Source: a bacterium
GTDB taxonomy: Bacteria; Zhuqueibacterota; Zhuqueibacteria; Residuimicrobiales; Krinioviventaceae
Direction of reading: 5' to 3'
DNA: 64,000 bases
Assembly (NCBI GenBank): GCA_963693055.1
Contig: OY843751.1
Coordinates: 5,408,001-5,472,000, forward strand
Shown here: piece by piece, positions 39,482-49,489 of the stretch
Layout of the letters: each line of letters opens with the position of its first letter
Position numbering within the stretch: the first letter of the stretch is position 1
Program-made: the position numbers and the translations under genes
Notes under the pieces: generated by a model
Database searches by the model: none
Seen by the model: the letters and a program-made list of their open reading frames with translations, nothing else
What the model was told of the DNA's origin: nothing

Positions 39482-40993
39482 TTAATAAACACGTTTGATT
39501 CGTCCCTCAAGCTTTGAATCCACTTCCGGATACTTTTTCAAATAACTAATCACCATATCAGAAACCACGGTTCCGGTACTGGTTGTAGACTGGGGGACAA
39601 ATCCCAAATACTTTTCAGCCTGCCCCTGTAATATAAAATCTACGGTTGCTACGGTATAAGTACCCTTGGGGTCCAGTGGCTTGCCATTGACTTGAGCAGA
39701 AACCAGATCCAAAGATTTATCCTGTTTGATACGATATGTATAATGTAAACCCGATATCTGCATCACACCCCGATATCCGTCCATTTCACCCGAGTTCTGA
39801 TTAATCAAAGTGATCAAATCCTGACCACTGCACTCGAATGTTTCAACAACATTGGTAAATGGCAAAATTTCAACAATATCCAGCTTGGTAATGGGACCTG
39901 CCGGCAGGTCTTTACGGATACCACCACTGTTCATCATGGCAATATCGGCTCCACTCTCTTCACGGATTGCATCAGTAATGAAATTACCAAGATTAGATTC
40001 GCCATCGTTGTTACGGATCCAAGCAGTCTTTAATGTACCAAATTGCTCATTATATTCTTTATCGATCTCGGCCTTGTAGGTATCTACCAGCTTGACCATT
40101 TCAGGATTCGGATCTTTGACACTGTCTACCCAAGTGTTCAAAAGTTCATAATCATACGAAGCAATGCTGTCGCCTTTAACATCTAATGTTAAACGGCCAA
40201 GGTTGGTAGTTTTAGCACCTGCCTGGAAAACCAGCATACCGTTAACTTTTCTGGGCTTGGGCAACCGTGTATGACTATGGCCACCCAAAATCAGGTCAGC
40301 GTTTTTCACTGTTTTTGCAAGATCCATATCCTCCTGAATGCCATTATGTGTTAACAGAACAATCAGATCCGTTTTCGGGTCAATCTCGTCAATATACTTT
40401 TGTGTTATGGAAATAGGATCAATTACTTCAACACCCTGCAGGTTTTTTTGCGCTGTTACCTGGTCCAGCGCTTTCAGCATTACACCTATAACACCAACAC
40501 GTACACCATCTACCTTGTATATCATATAAGGCTTTTCAACAGCAGGTTTCCCATAGATGTTCATATTGCAGCAAACCACATCAAAGTTTCCCATGTTCAA
40601 CAGCTTGTGCAGGTTATCCTGACCATTATCAAATTCGTGATTTCCAACCGTTATCACATCGTAATCGATAATATTCATCATTTTTACAAAAGCACCACCG
40701 GTAGCGCCATCCACATCAACCTTGGCGAGGGGTGTTCCGGTAAGGAAATCGCCTGCATCAATAACCAGCGAGTTGGGCCATTGTTCGCGTAACTGACGGA
40801 TGTGATACTCGAGCGCAACCATACCACCAACCTGAGGTTGCGGCGAACGGTCAACCCAGGTAGCTGTGAGCGGGATATACTGACTGTGCATATCATTGGT
40901 ATGAATGAGTGTTACCTCTCCTTCTTTAGGGCCTGAACAAAAAGTCAGTAATAATCCACTAATGATCAAGAGCAAAAACAGATACTTTTTCAT
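39482..40993 (-). CDS. Bifunctional metallophosphatase/5'-nucleotidase
   Basis: HTNDMH, DAGD, GNHEFD, GGHSH, NSGGIR, LPFTN; start trimmed to MKKYLF. Confidence 0.9.
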   Translation of the reverse strand: MKKYLFLLLIISGLLLTFCSGPKEGEVTLIHTNDMHSQYIPLTATWVDRSPQPQVGGMVALEYHIRQLREQWPNSLVIDAGDFLTGTPLAKVDVDGATGGAFVKMMNIIDYDVITVGNHEFDNGQDNLHKLLNMGNFDVVCCNMNIYGKPAVEKPYMIYKVDGVRVGVIGVMLKALDQVTAQKNLQGVEVIDPISITQKYIDEIDPKTDLIVLLTHNGIQEDMDLAKTVKNADLILGGHSHTRLPKPRKVNGMLVFQAGAKTTNLGRLTLDVKGDSIASYDYELLNTWVDSVKDPNPEMVKLVDTYKAEIDKEYNEQFGTLKTAWIRNNDGESNLGNFITDAIREESGADIAMMNSGGIRKDLPAGPITKLDIVEILPFTNVVETFECSGQDLITLINQNSGEMDGYRGVMQISGLHYTYRIKQDKSLDLVSAQVNGKPLDPKGTYTVATVDFILQGQAEKYLGFVPQSTTSTGTVVSDMVISYLKKYPEVDSKLEGRIKRVY

Positions 40994-41148
40994 CTTGTAT
41001 TCAATCTCCATATTAACAATCAACGATAATAATTCTTTATTGGTAAATCAAGTTAAATTAATAAAAATTCCCGTAATAACAAACCGGAATACTATTGGAC
41101 AATTACAGTTAAAATTTGTATTTTTGGATAAATTCTGAGGGCTGGTAC

Positions 41149-41739
41149 ATGAAAGCAGATATACAAAAACGCCAAAAAATCTATGATGGCTTTTTTACAT
41201 TTGAAGAAGCTACTGTAAGCTTTGAACAGTTTAACGGAGAGATGAGCAAATCCGTTTCCCGATTACATGTATACCGTGGTGACGCTGCCGCGGTGCTATT
41301 GTACAACTCTCAAAAAGAGACCCTCTTTTTTGTAAGACAATTCAGATACCCCCTGTATACATTTGATCCCAATATTGCATGGCCGTTAGAGATCGTTGCC
41401 GGTTCTATAGAAAAAGGTCACTCGGAAACAGATACCGCTGTGCGCGAAGTGGAAGAAGAAGTTGGATTTTCAATATCCGAAAATGATTTACAATTCATTT
41501 CCAAATGCTGGCCCAGTCCCGGAGGCACATCCGAGCAGATCTATTGCTACGCGGCAGACATAGCCACTGCTAAACGCATACATGACGGTGGCGGACTTGA
41601 GCATGAGGTAGAAGACATTCAGGTTGTTGAATTGACATACAAAGAGGCATTTAAAAAAATCAATGCAGGAGAAATCTGCGATGCTAAAACGCTAATCTGC
41701 CTGCAATGGCTGCAAAACAGGATACTAACAAAATCATGA
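41149..41739 (+). CDS. NUDIX hydrolase (ADP-ribose/GDP-mannose pyrophosphatase-like)
   Basis: VRQFRYP, AG..AVREVEEEVG Nudix box, SPGG, GGGL..E.EDI, DAKT. Confidence 0.9.
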   Translation: MKADIQKRQKIYDGFFTFEEATVSFEQFNGEMSKSVSRLHVYRGDAAAVLLYNSQKETLFFVRQFRYPLYTFDPNIAWPLEIVAGSIEKGHSETDTAVREVEEEVGFSISENDLQFISKCWPSPGGTSEQIYCYAADIATAKRIHDGGGLEHEVEDIQVVELTYKEAFKKINAGEICDAKTLICLQWLQNRILTKS

Positions 41740-42353
41740 TCGCATTTTTACTCAAGGGAATGATATTGGGTCTCTCAGCAGGTTTCAGTCCGGGACCGTT
41801 AACCATGCTGGTTTTATCCGAAACGTTGAATCACAACAGTAAGGCAGGAATCAAAGTGGGAATGGCCCCACTTGTAACTGACGCGCCTATAGTATTACTC
41901 TGTTACTATGTACTTGCCAAATTTCAAAATGTAAACCTGCTTTTAGGTTCCTTGTCACTGATAGGTGCGCTTTACATAGCATATTTGGGTATTGAAAACT
42001 TTAGAATAAAACCCGTTACCGTAGAGACCAAAAACATTAAACCCAGATCTCTTTCCAAAGGCATAATGGTCAATTTCCTAAGTCCCAATCCTTATGTCTA
42101 CTGGTTAACCGTTGGCGCTCCTTTCATGATCAGCGCCAAACAAAACAGCATCTGGCATTTAATATTGTACCTGGTTGGTTTCTACGTTTGCCTTTTAGGC
42201 GCCAAAACCACAATTGCAATTATCGCGGGCAAATCAAAAACATTTATCAGCGGAAACATCTATCTTTGGATCAACCGAATATTGGGAATGCTTTTAATAT
42301 TGTTTGCAGGTATTGTTTTCATGGAAGGTCTAGATCTTTTATATACATTCTAA
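41736..42353 (+). CDS. LysE/RhtB family exporter
   Basis: SAGFSPGP, NFLSPNPY; hydrophobic; ATGA overlap. Confidence 0.85.
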   Translation: MIAFLLKGMILGLSAGFSPGPLTMLVLSETLNHNSKAGIKVGMAPLVTDAPIVLLCYYVLAKFQNVNLLLGSLSLIGALYIAYLGIENFRIKPVTVETKNIKPRSLSKGIMVNFLSPNPYVYWLTVGAPFMISAKQNSIWHLILYLVGFYVCLLGAKTTIAIIAGKSKTFISGNIYLWINRILGMLLILFAGIVFMEGLDLLYTF

Positions 42354-42392
42354 AATCAACCAGATTTTTCATAAACAGATGGGAACATCAAA

Positions 42393-44519
42393 ATGACAAA
42401 AAAATCAATCATCAGTTTACTGTTGTTACTGAGTATATCTGTATTTGCTCAGAACAAAGATTTTGATTTTCTGACAGATTGGCCAATTTTTTCTGATAAT
42501 CAAAACGCACAGTATCACCACTATAGCGCTATTGCAATGGAACAGTTACAGCAGCGTAAAGACATAATCAACAGCATCACAACACCGGAGCAGTGGCTAC
42601 AGCGGCAGCAGCAAGCGCGCCAAACATTGATGGATATTGTGGGTCCTTTTCCTGAAAAAACGCCCCTGAATGCTCAAGTAACAGGCAAAGTAAAGAAAAA
42701 TGGATTCACCATTGAAAAAGTCATATTCGAGAGTCGTCCGGAATTTTACGTAACCTGCGCGCTTTTACTTCCTGATAAATTGCAAAAGAAAAATCCTGCT
42801 GTAATATTTGTTTGCGGTCACTCTGCTGTAGGATTTCGCAGCGAAGCATATCAGCGTTCAATCCAGAACCTGGCAAAAAAAGGATTCATTGTGCTTGCGG
42901 TTGATCCATTTGGACAGGGTGAACGCTTGCAGTATTTTGATCCCGAGACCGGTGAGTCTAAAATTGGGAGTCCTACCCGGGAACATTCTTATAGCGGCGC
43001 GCAATGCTTCATTTCAGGATCCTCCGCGGCTAAATACATGATTTGGGACGGTATCCGTGCCGTAGACTATTTGCTCACCCGTAAAGAAGTGGACCCCAAA
43101 CGCATTGGCATTACCGGTCGTTCTGGCGGCGGCACACAATCTTCATATATTGCCGCTTTTGACGATCGTATTTACGCTGCGGCACCTGAATGCTATCTCA
43201 CCGGATTCAAACGCCTGATAGAGTCACGCGGTCCCCAGGATGCCGAACAAAATTTTTTCCACGGACTGGCAAATGGGATCGACCATGCAGATCTGCTTGA
43301 AGTACGTGCACCCAAACCTGAACTGCTCATTTCAACGACACGCGACATGTTTAGCATTCAGGGCGTCAGGGAGATAAGCGCGGAAATCAAATCTTGTTAT
43401 GCTATGCTGGGTGCAACTGACAATTTTGAAAAATGCGAAGACAATGACGTGCACGCATCAACTAAAAAAAACCGTGAGGCCATGTACGCGTTTTTCCGCA
43501 AACACCTTGATCTACCGGGCAACTGTAATGATGAAGAACCGGAACCTTATGTTGAAGAAGAATGGAGAGTAACAAAAACCGGGCAATTAATTTCATCGCT
43601 GGGAGGAGAAACCGTTTTCTCTGTTAACGCTAAAGAGAGTCAGCAACTCATTTCTTCCCTAGATGAAAAACGCAAAGCCCCGGAATATCCAGAAAACATG
43701 GTCAGGGCTGCCAAATCCCTTAGCGGATATACCTGCCCCGAATCGCCATCGTTCCCCGCATTTACAGGCCGTTTCGAAAAAGAAGGATACGTGATTGAGC
43801 GTTATTTCATTCAGGGTAACGGTGACTATGTTATACCTTACCTGTTATACAAACCTGTAACCGACCAACCATGTCCGTCTATACTTTACCTCTCCCCGGA
43901 AGGCAAATCCCATGTTGCTGAAAGCGGTACACCAGAAACTCTCGTAAAGCAGGGGAATATAGTCATGGTGCCCGATCTATTGGGTATAGGTGAAATGGGT
44001 CCCATAAAATTTCACGGAGACGCCTATGATTTCAAAGTGGGCAATGGAGCTTACAATATCTGGTTTTTCGGAATACTAACCCATAAAAGCCTGGTGGGTA
44101 TGTTCGCTCAAGACATACAATTATTAACCGCGGTTTTAAAACAACACGAAAATGTTGATCCGGCTCAAATCAAAGCGGTAGCAAAAGACAAACTCTGCCC
44201 CGCATTGATTCATGCGGCAGTCTTTAACCCTGTCTTTTCAAATATAGAATTGGTTAAACCGCTCACATCTTACGAAAGTATAGTAATGAACGAAATTTAC
44301 GATCCGGCTCTCATACATGGTACGGTTGCAGGTGCATTGACCGGTTACGACCTGCCCGATCTTATGGCAGCAATCGCTCCAACACCGTTACAAATCATCA
44401 ATCCGGTTGATCACTTCAGCAAAGCTATGGACAAGTCTGCTGTTCAAGATGTATTTAAAAACGTTGAAAAGCTTTACAAAGATTCAGATGCAGAAAACAA
44501 TCTAACAATTGTTTATTAA
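42393..44519 (+). CDS. Secreted alpha/beta hydrolase (acetylxylan esterase-like), tandem domains
   Basis: TPLNAQVTG, EKVIFESRP, CGH, GQGER, WDGIRAVDYL, GRSGGG nucleophile. Confidence 0.8.
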   Translation: MTKKSIISLLLLLSISVFAQNKDFDFLTDWPIFSDNQNAQYHHYSAIAMEQLQQRKDIINSITTPEQWLQRQQQARQTLMDIVGPFPEKTPLNAQVTGKVKKNGFTIEKVIFESRPEFYVTCALLLPDKLQKKNPAVIFVCGHSAVGFRSEAYQRSIQNLAKKGFIVLAVDPFGQGERLQYFDPETGESKIGSPTREHSYSGAQCFISGSSAAKYMIWDGIRAVDYLLTRKEVDPKRIGITGRSGGGTQSSYIAAFDDRIYAAAPECYLTGFKRLIESRGPQDAEQNFFHGLANGIDHADLLEVRAPKPELLISTTRDMFSIQGVREISAEIKSCYAMLGATDNFEKCEDNDVHASTKKNREAMYAFFRKHLDLPGNCNDEEPEPYVEEEWRVTKTGQLISSLGGETVFSVNAKESQQLISSLDEKRKAPEYPENMVRAAKSLSGYTCPESPSFPAFTGRFEKEGYVIERYFIQGNGDYVIPYLLYKPVTDQPCPSILYLSPEGKSHVAESGTPETLVKQGNIVMVPDLLGIGEMGPIKFHGDAYDFKVGNGAYNIWFFGILTHKSLVGMFAQDIQLLTAVLKQHENVDPAQIKAVAKDKLCPALIHAAVFNPVFSNIELVKPLTSYESIVMNEIYDPALIHGTVAGALTGYDLPDLMAAIAPTPLQIINPVDHFSKAMDKSAVQDVFKNVEKLYKDSDAENNLTIVY

Positions 44520-45266
44520 AAATTGAGTGTGGCGCGGACCTGTGCAGGGTAGGGTCCGCCCTACCTCAAATCCACTCTTTTTTTCATCATCCAGATAAAT
44601 TTTATACCCCCCAATAAATTCGCGTTTAATTCGCCTGATCTTTTTTACATGAATGATCACACTCTTGTGTATACAAATAAAATTGGAAGGATCTAGCAGA
44701 GTTTCCAGATTTTTCAATGTCTCATTTACAATATAAGATTTGTTGAATGTGTTCACAAACACATACTTGTCTTCGGCATGTATCCACCACACATCGTTTA
44801 CAGGCACCAACAAAATTTCATCCCCAATCTTGATAGTAAAGCGGGATAAATAACTTTTCGCCTCGATTGAATTCTTGAACAAACGAATAAAATCAACATC
44901 AATTGCAGGGCTACTCTGATTCACAACTTTGGCAATTGCGGCAGACAAGCGCTCAGGTGTGGTGGGTTTAAGCAGGTAATCAATTGCATTTTCATCAAAA
45001 GCTTTAATGGCATATTCATCAAAAGCAGTCACAAATATAACCATTGGCCGGTGTTTGATCTTTTCAAGTACCTCAATTCCTGAAAAGCCCGGCAGTTGCA
45101 CATCCAGAAATACAAGGTCCGGTTTTAGACTGTCTATATTCCGCACAGCATCGGGCCCATCCTGTGCAACCGCAACCACCTCGATTTCAGCGTGCGCTTC
45201 CAACAACGTCATTAACCTGGCCCGGGAATGCGGCTCGTCTTCTACAATCAGTGTTTTATACTGCAT
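44502..45266 (-). CDS. LytTR-family response regulator; last ~12 codons apparently frameshifted
   Basis: IVEDE, FLDVQLP, TAFDEYA, DYLLKP, IHKS; deleting one G at 44552-44554 restores GRTYPAQVRATLNF* ending at 44516. Confidence 0.85.
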   Translation of the reverse strand: MQYKTLIVEDEPHSRARLMTLLEAHAEIEVVAVAQDGPDAVRNIDSLKPDLVFLDVQLPGFSGIEVLEKIKHRPMVIFVTAFDEYAIKAFDENAIDYLLKPTTPERLSAAIAKVVNQSSPAIDVDFIRLFKNSIEAKSYLSRFTIKIGDEILLVPVNDVWWIHAEDKYVFVNTFNKSYIVNETLKNLETLLDPSNFICIHKSVIIHVKKIRRIKREFIGGYKIYLDDEKKSGFEVGRTLPCTGPRHTQFLINNC

Positions 45267-45909
45267 AAGGCAATACTATCCTCACCAATGTTCCGCTTGC
45301 AGGCTTGATTATATCAAATTTTGCATTATTGTATAAAAGCTGCAGGCGTTGTTGAATGCTTTTTAATCCAAATCCGTTTTGTGGCTGTCCAGGTTCAAAA
45401 CCGACTCCGGTATCCTCTACTTCAAGCTTTACAGCATTATCAAGTTTACTTATATTTACAGAAACTTTCCCGCCTTCCCGTTTTGGTGACAAGCCATGTT
45501 TGACAGCATTTTCAACCAGCATCTGAATGACCATGGGAGGAATCCGGATCATCTCCACATCCGTGTCAACCTGAAAAGTATAATCCAGCCGCTCACCCAT
45601 ATGTACTTTTTCGATTTCTAAATATTCACGCACCACAATAATGGAATAACGCTGCAACGCAGATGCGTTTGCGGCCCGAACTCCCGCGGATAAAATCTCA
45701 TCTATTTGATTTGAAGGGATTTCCTGATCGGTAAAATTACCATGAATGGTACGTAAGCTTTGCAACGTTTTCAAGGTTTCGTTGCTGCCAGCGGCTCCAC
45801 TTCCCATACCCGCCAATGCCCTCCCGGTAAAAGGGCGGGCAAACATAGCTGAGCCTCCTATTGCGAGACTTTTTTGGAAAAAATGTCTGCGACCTGTATT
45901 TAAATTCAT
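45256..45909 (-). pseudogene. In-frame chimera: Tat-nitroreductase N-terminus fused to the ATPase half of a LytS-type histidine kinase
   Basis: GRRHFF Tat leader and LRTIHGNF..AANAS.LQRYSIIVV joined to REYLEIEK..QMLVENAVKHG..DTGVG..GFGL; no His-phosphoacceptor region. Confidence 0.8.
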
Positions 45910-45929
45910 TTTAATCTCCTGTATTGCTG

Positions 45930-46611
45930 TTAAAATTTATCAGCTACAATAAAAGAATCATATTCTTTTTTGGATGGCGCTTCCGGCCATGCTTCAGGTA
46001 TACCGATGGGGGTAAAACAAACACGCTCATACGGGTCCGGGATATTTAATACTTTTTTTGTAACAGACGCGGGCACCGAATCGGTATAATGGACCGTACC
46101 ATAACCCAGCGACCGAGCAGCAATCATTAGGGTTGCCGCCGCAAGTGGACCGTCCCAGTGATTATATGTGGGGTATTTGGATTCATTGTCTGTCAGGATG
46201 GCCACATATACCGGTGCTGAAAAACATTTATCATAATACGCTTTTGCTTTTGCCATCTGCTCGCTCATCTTTTTCTGATCAGCTCCCATCCACTCTTTCA
46301 TTCTTTCTCGGCTGTTTTCGAGACAGGCTTTTTTCAATTCGTCAATCACTTGAGGGTCTTTGACCACAATAAATTGCCAGGGCTGCTGGTTTCCCGATGT
46401 TGGGGCCATTCGGGCGGCATCCAGAATGATTTTCAAATCTGCTTCCGGTACAGGTGTGGATTTGTAATGACGTACTGAACGGCGGCTCATTATGGCTTCC
46501 AAAGCGGGCAGACTTTTGGTTTTTCCCATTGCAGTAGCGGGTTGGGTCAAGCATTCCAGCCGCAGCCAGGGTACCTGCTGCCAGAAACTTTCTACGCTTT
46601 ATTTCAGACAT
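45930..46611 (-). pseudogene. Tat-exported nitroreductase with a +1 frameshift after the signal peptide
   Basis: RBS and MSEIKRRKFLAAG (46611) in one frame, SRRSVRHY..APTSGNQQPW in another; ATG-C-TTG-ACC at 46546-46554. Confidence 0.8.
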
Positions 46612-46625
46612 TTCAGTTCTCCTTT

Positions 46626-47051
46626 TTAAAAAGTTAAAACTTTCCAGTCAGATTTCAGCATTTCCGTTAATGGTTCTCCCATATATTCGACTTTAATACC
46701 CAGCTCTGATAATATACCGTCAACCTCGTACTGCTCTGCGCACCATTTACAGGCCTGCAATTTTACACCGGCATCTTTTAATTGCTTGATCTTTTCTTTT
46801 AATTCTTCATCGTTGGCTATTGTTTTATTAGACGGGCCCCAGGTAATTAAAGTTACATCCTGCCACCAGCCCTGTTTTTTCGCATTAATCGCATAAACAA
46901 ATGCAAATTTGGTAAATACTTCTTTATCCGCCGAAGAGTAGATAATCAACAACTTGTTCAGCTCGGAATTTTCTTTTGCTGACAATACAGGAATAAAAAA
47001 GCAGGACATTAAATAAAACAAAACCAACAGCAATAATGCATTTTTTCTCAT
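46626..47051 (-). CDS. DsrE-family protein with signal peptide
   Basis: GWW.DVTLITWGPS, ACKWCA CxxC, YMGEPLT..WKVLTF; AAGGAG RBS before ATG 47051. Confidence 0.75.
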   Translation of the reverse strand: MRKNALLLLVLFYLMSCFFIPVLSAKENSELNKLLIIYSSADKEVFTKFAFVYAINAKKQGWWQDVTLITWGPSNKTIANDEELKEKIKQLKDAGVKLQACKWCAEQYEVDGILSELGIKVEYMGEPLTEMLKSDWKVLTF

Positions 47052-47347
47052 AACATACTCCTTCATGTTTATGATTCAACATCAATATAACAATACACGT
47101 AAATTCATCAATGGAATTCAGAAAAGCGTCACAATTTACATGATAAACCGGGGGATTCAGGGTTTAAACAGAGTTTACAATGAAACCTTGCAGACTGTAT
47201 TACGTAAGAAAGGATTCCTGATCTGGTACCAGACAAAAATCCACCCTCCTCCAGGGAAAAATCTTGTAAAAATCATTGTATTTTACTTTTAGTTTTCTAT
47301 TAACAATAGATATAGTATATTCATATTTACAAATCACAGGTAAATCC

Positions 47348-48547
47348 ATGAAACGATTGCTTTCACGATATTTCGCCGCATACAAGGGTCTTCCTAAACA
47401 AGCCTGGCTGCTGTTCTGGGTGATTCTGATTAACCGCAGCGGTATGATGGTTATGTTTTTTCTCACCCTGTTCCTGACACAGGAAAGAGGATTCAGCACC
47501 ATACAAGCCGGACAACTGGTCAGTTCTTTCGGTATAGGTTCATTGGCGGGATCATATATTGGCGGACTCTTGGTAGACCGTATTGGCACGTTCAAAGTGC
47601 AATTTTACAGCCTGGTTCTGACCGGAGTGGGATTCCTTAGCATCAGTTTTATTCATTCTTATTGGGGATTGGCAGTATCGCTTGCAATTGTATCTGGAAT
47701 TAACGATGCGTTCCGTCCCGCAAGCATATCTGCATTTGCTGAAATCTGCCCCCCGGAAATGAGAGCACGTGCGTTTGCATTCAATCGCCTGGCTGTGAAT
47801 CTGGGTCTTGCTGTGGGACCTGCCATAGGCGGATTTCTGGCCGCTGTCAATTATAATTTTATTTTCTGGGCAGATGGCACTACCTGCATTATTGCGGGTA
47901 CATTGTTTTATATTTTATTCAAAAAATATCATGCCAGTTACCAAAAGCCCGTTGAAACCCATGAAAAGCCTGCAAAATCACCCTGGAAAGACGGCACCTT
48001 TATGGCGCTGATGGGAATACTTTTGGTTCTGGGTACCATGTTTTTCCAAATCATGAGCACCTGGCCTTTATATATGCGGGAATTCGCCATGCTATCTGAA
48101 AACAAGATTGGAATGCTGCTCTCTATGAACGGTATCATGATCACTTTGGTTGAAATGCCATTGATTCACAAACTTGAAAAAAGGCCACCGTTGTCTGTCA
48201 CCTGGATTGGCACGCTTTTCATGTTTTCAGGGTTTACCATGTTGACCCTGAGCCGTAATTTCAATTTTATTATTTTAACTATACTTGTTTGGACTCTGGG
48301 TGAAATTCTGGTCTTGCCACTTTTGGGCGCTTTTGTAGCAAACAGAACGACCGATTCCAATCGGGGTCAATATATGGGTATCTATACTTTGGTATTCTCA
48401 TTAGGATTTGTATTAAGTCCTATCTTTGGGACCCGTATCTATGACCGATGGGGCCCCAATGTTTTATGGTATACGGTAGGCATTATTGGTTTGTTTATCT
48501 CTTTTGGATTGTACAAAATGTCTAAACTGGCTGAAAAAACAGCCTGA
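47348..48547 (+). CDS. MFS transporter (MdtH-like)
   Basis: GGLLVDRIG motif A, NLGLAVGPAIGG, RGQYMG; about 12 TM; start trimmed to ATG 47348. Confidence 0.9.
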   Translation: MKRLLSRYFAAYKGLPKQAWLLFWVILINRSGMMVMFFLTLFLTQERGFSTIQAGQLVSSFGIGSLAGSYIGGLLVDRIGTFKVQFYSLVLTGVGFLSISFIHSYWGLAVSLAIVSGINDAFRPASISAFAEICPPEMRARAFAFNRLAVNLGLAVGPAIGGFLAAVNYNFIFWADGTTCIIAGTLFYILFKKYHASYQKPVETHEKPAKSPWKDGTFMALMGILLVLGTMFFQIMSTWPLYMREFAMLSENKIGMLLSMNGIMITLVEMPLIHKLEKRPPLSVTWIGTLFMFSGFTMLTLSRNFNFIILTILVWTLGEILVLPLLGAFVANRTTDSNRGQYMGIYTLVFSLGFVLSPIFGTRIYDRWGPNVLWYTVGIIGLFISFGLYKMSKLAEKTA

Positions 48548-48552
48548 ATTTG

Positions 48553-48585
48553 GGGAGAGTGATATAATTCAAATACCACTCTCCC
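48553..48585. terminator. Hairpin between convergent genes
   Basis: GGGAGAGTG/CACTCTCCC inverted repeat; weak T tracts. Confidence 0.5.
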
Positions 48586-48598
48586 TTGCTTCAACATT

Positions 48599-49405
48599 CT
48601 AGTCAATCATCACAATTAATTCTGTCAAATAATTTTTGGGATTCCCCTTGAATATCATTCCCGGCCCCTTTATATAAATCTCACGGTGCGGCAAAGCAAT
48701 CTCATATTCCTTTTCTTTGATATAATCAAACAGCTTTTTATATGACTGGCCCAGGGTATCATACGGTCCTTTATGGATCAAAGAAACACACTTGCCGCCT
48801 TGCAGTTCACGAACAGATATCTCATTATCACCTGTACCTTTACGCACCGGGAAACAGGGTTCAAACTCTGCATCCCCTTCTTTGTACTCTCCGTCATAAT
48901 AGAGATTCATGGGCTTGCCGCAAATATGCCGCCCCATTCTTTTCCCCAGCAGCGCAAAGCCTTTGCCTACCTCGTCATATCTGCCTGTCATCCGGTATCC
49001 GGCAATGAGCAGGGTTTCCACATTTTTTTCTTCTACTACAAATTCGCTATTATCACTCATGGTACTCTCCTTTTCAATTTCAACAATCATGTGAATCGAT
49101 CGGGAAACTGTTTCATAATGCTTTATTCGATCTTGAATTTCCTGCAGTTTTGCTTCAAGATACGTCATCATGTCCGCTTCTTCTGAGCAGTCCTGCAATA
49201 TCTCATTAATCTCGGCAAGAGAAAAATCAAAATCTTTGAGGACCTTTATTGTGCGGGCAGTGTCAAAATTCCGATCATCATAATAGCGATACCCGGTAAA
49301 CTCGTCTACCGAAGCGGGCACAAGCAGCTCTTTGTCATGATACAAACGCAAAGATTTTATAGACAATGCGGTAATTTTTGAAAACTCGCCAATGGTATAA
49401 AGCAT
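48599..49405 (-). CDS. MerR-family regulator with C-terminal GyrI-like domain (BmrR-like)
   Basis: YTIGEFS..SLRLYH..TGYRYY..FSLAEI; HKGPY and REIYI GyrI motifs. Confidence 0.93.
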   Translation of the reverse strand: MLYTIGEFSKITALSIKSLRLYHDKELLVPASVDEFTGYRYYDDRNFDTARTIKVLKDFDFSLAEINEILQDCSEEADMMTYLEAKLQEIQDRIKHYETVSRSIHMIVEIEKESTMSDNSEFVVEEKNVETLLIAGYRMTGRYDEVGKGFALLGKRMGRHICGKPMNLYYDGEYKEGDAEFEPCFPVRKGTGDNEISVRELQGGKCVSLIHKGPYDTLGQSYKKLFDYIKEKEYEIALPHREIYIKGPGMIFKGNPKNYLTELIVMID

Positions 49406-49458
49406 AGCTTCCCTTTCCTTTTTATCATTTGGTTGAAACCGGCCGGATTTCTACATAT

Positions 49459-49489
49459 AATATAAGCACTGCCCCTGGGGGAGAGTCAA
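49459..49489 (-). promoter_or_regulatory. MerR-type promoter with 19-bp spacer and dyad operator
   Basis: TTGACT-ctcccccaggggcagtgct-TATATT; CCCC/GGGG dyad in the spacer. Confidence 0.85.

Noticed and set aside
44548-44565. GTAGGG..CCCTAC as a REP insertion in the LytTR gene
   Set aside because: The sequence encodes the expected VGRT(Y) residues; it is coding sequence with a 1-bp indel, not an insertion
47172-47271. Possible structured element (TTTACAA/TTGTAAA ends, TCTGGTACCAGA palindrome) between divergent genes
   Set aside because: Short stems, no second copy, no target duplication and no recognisable riboswitch core
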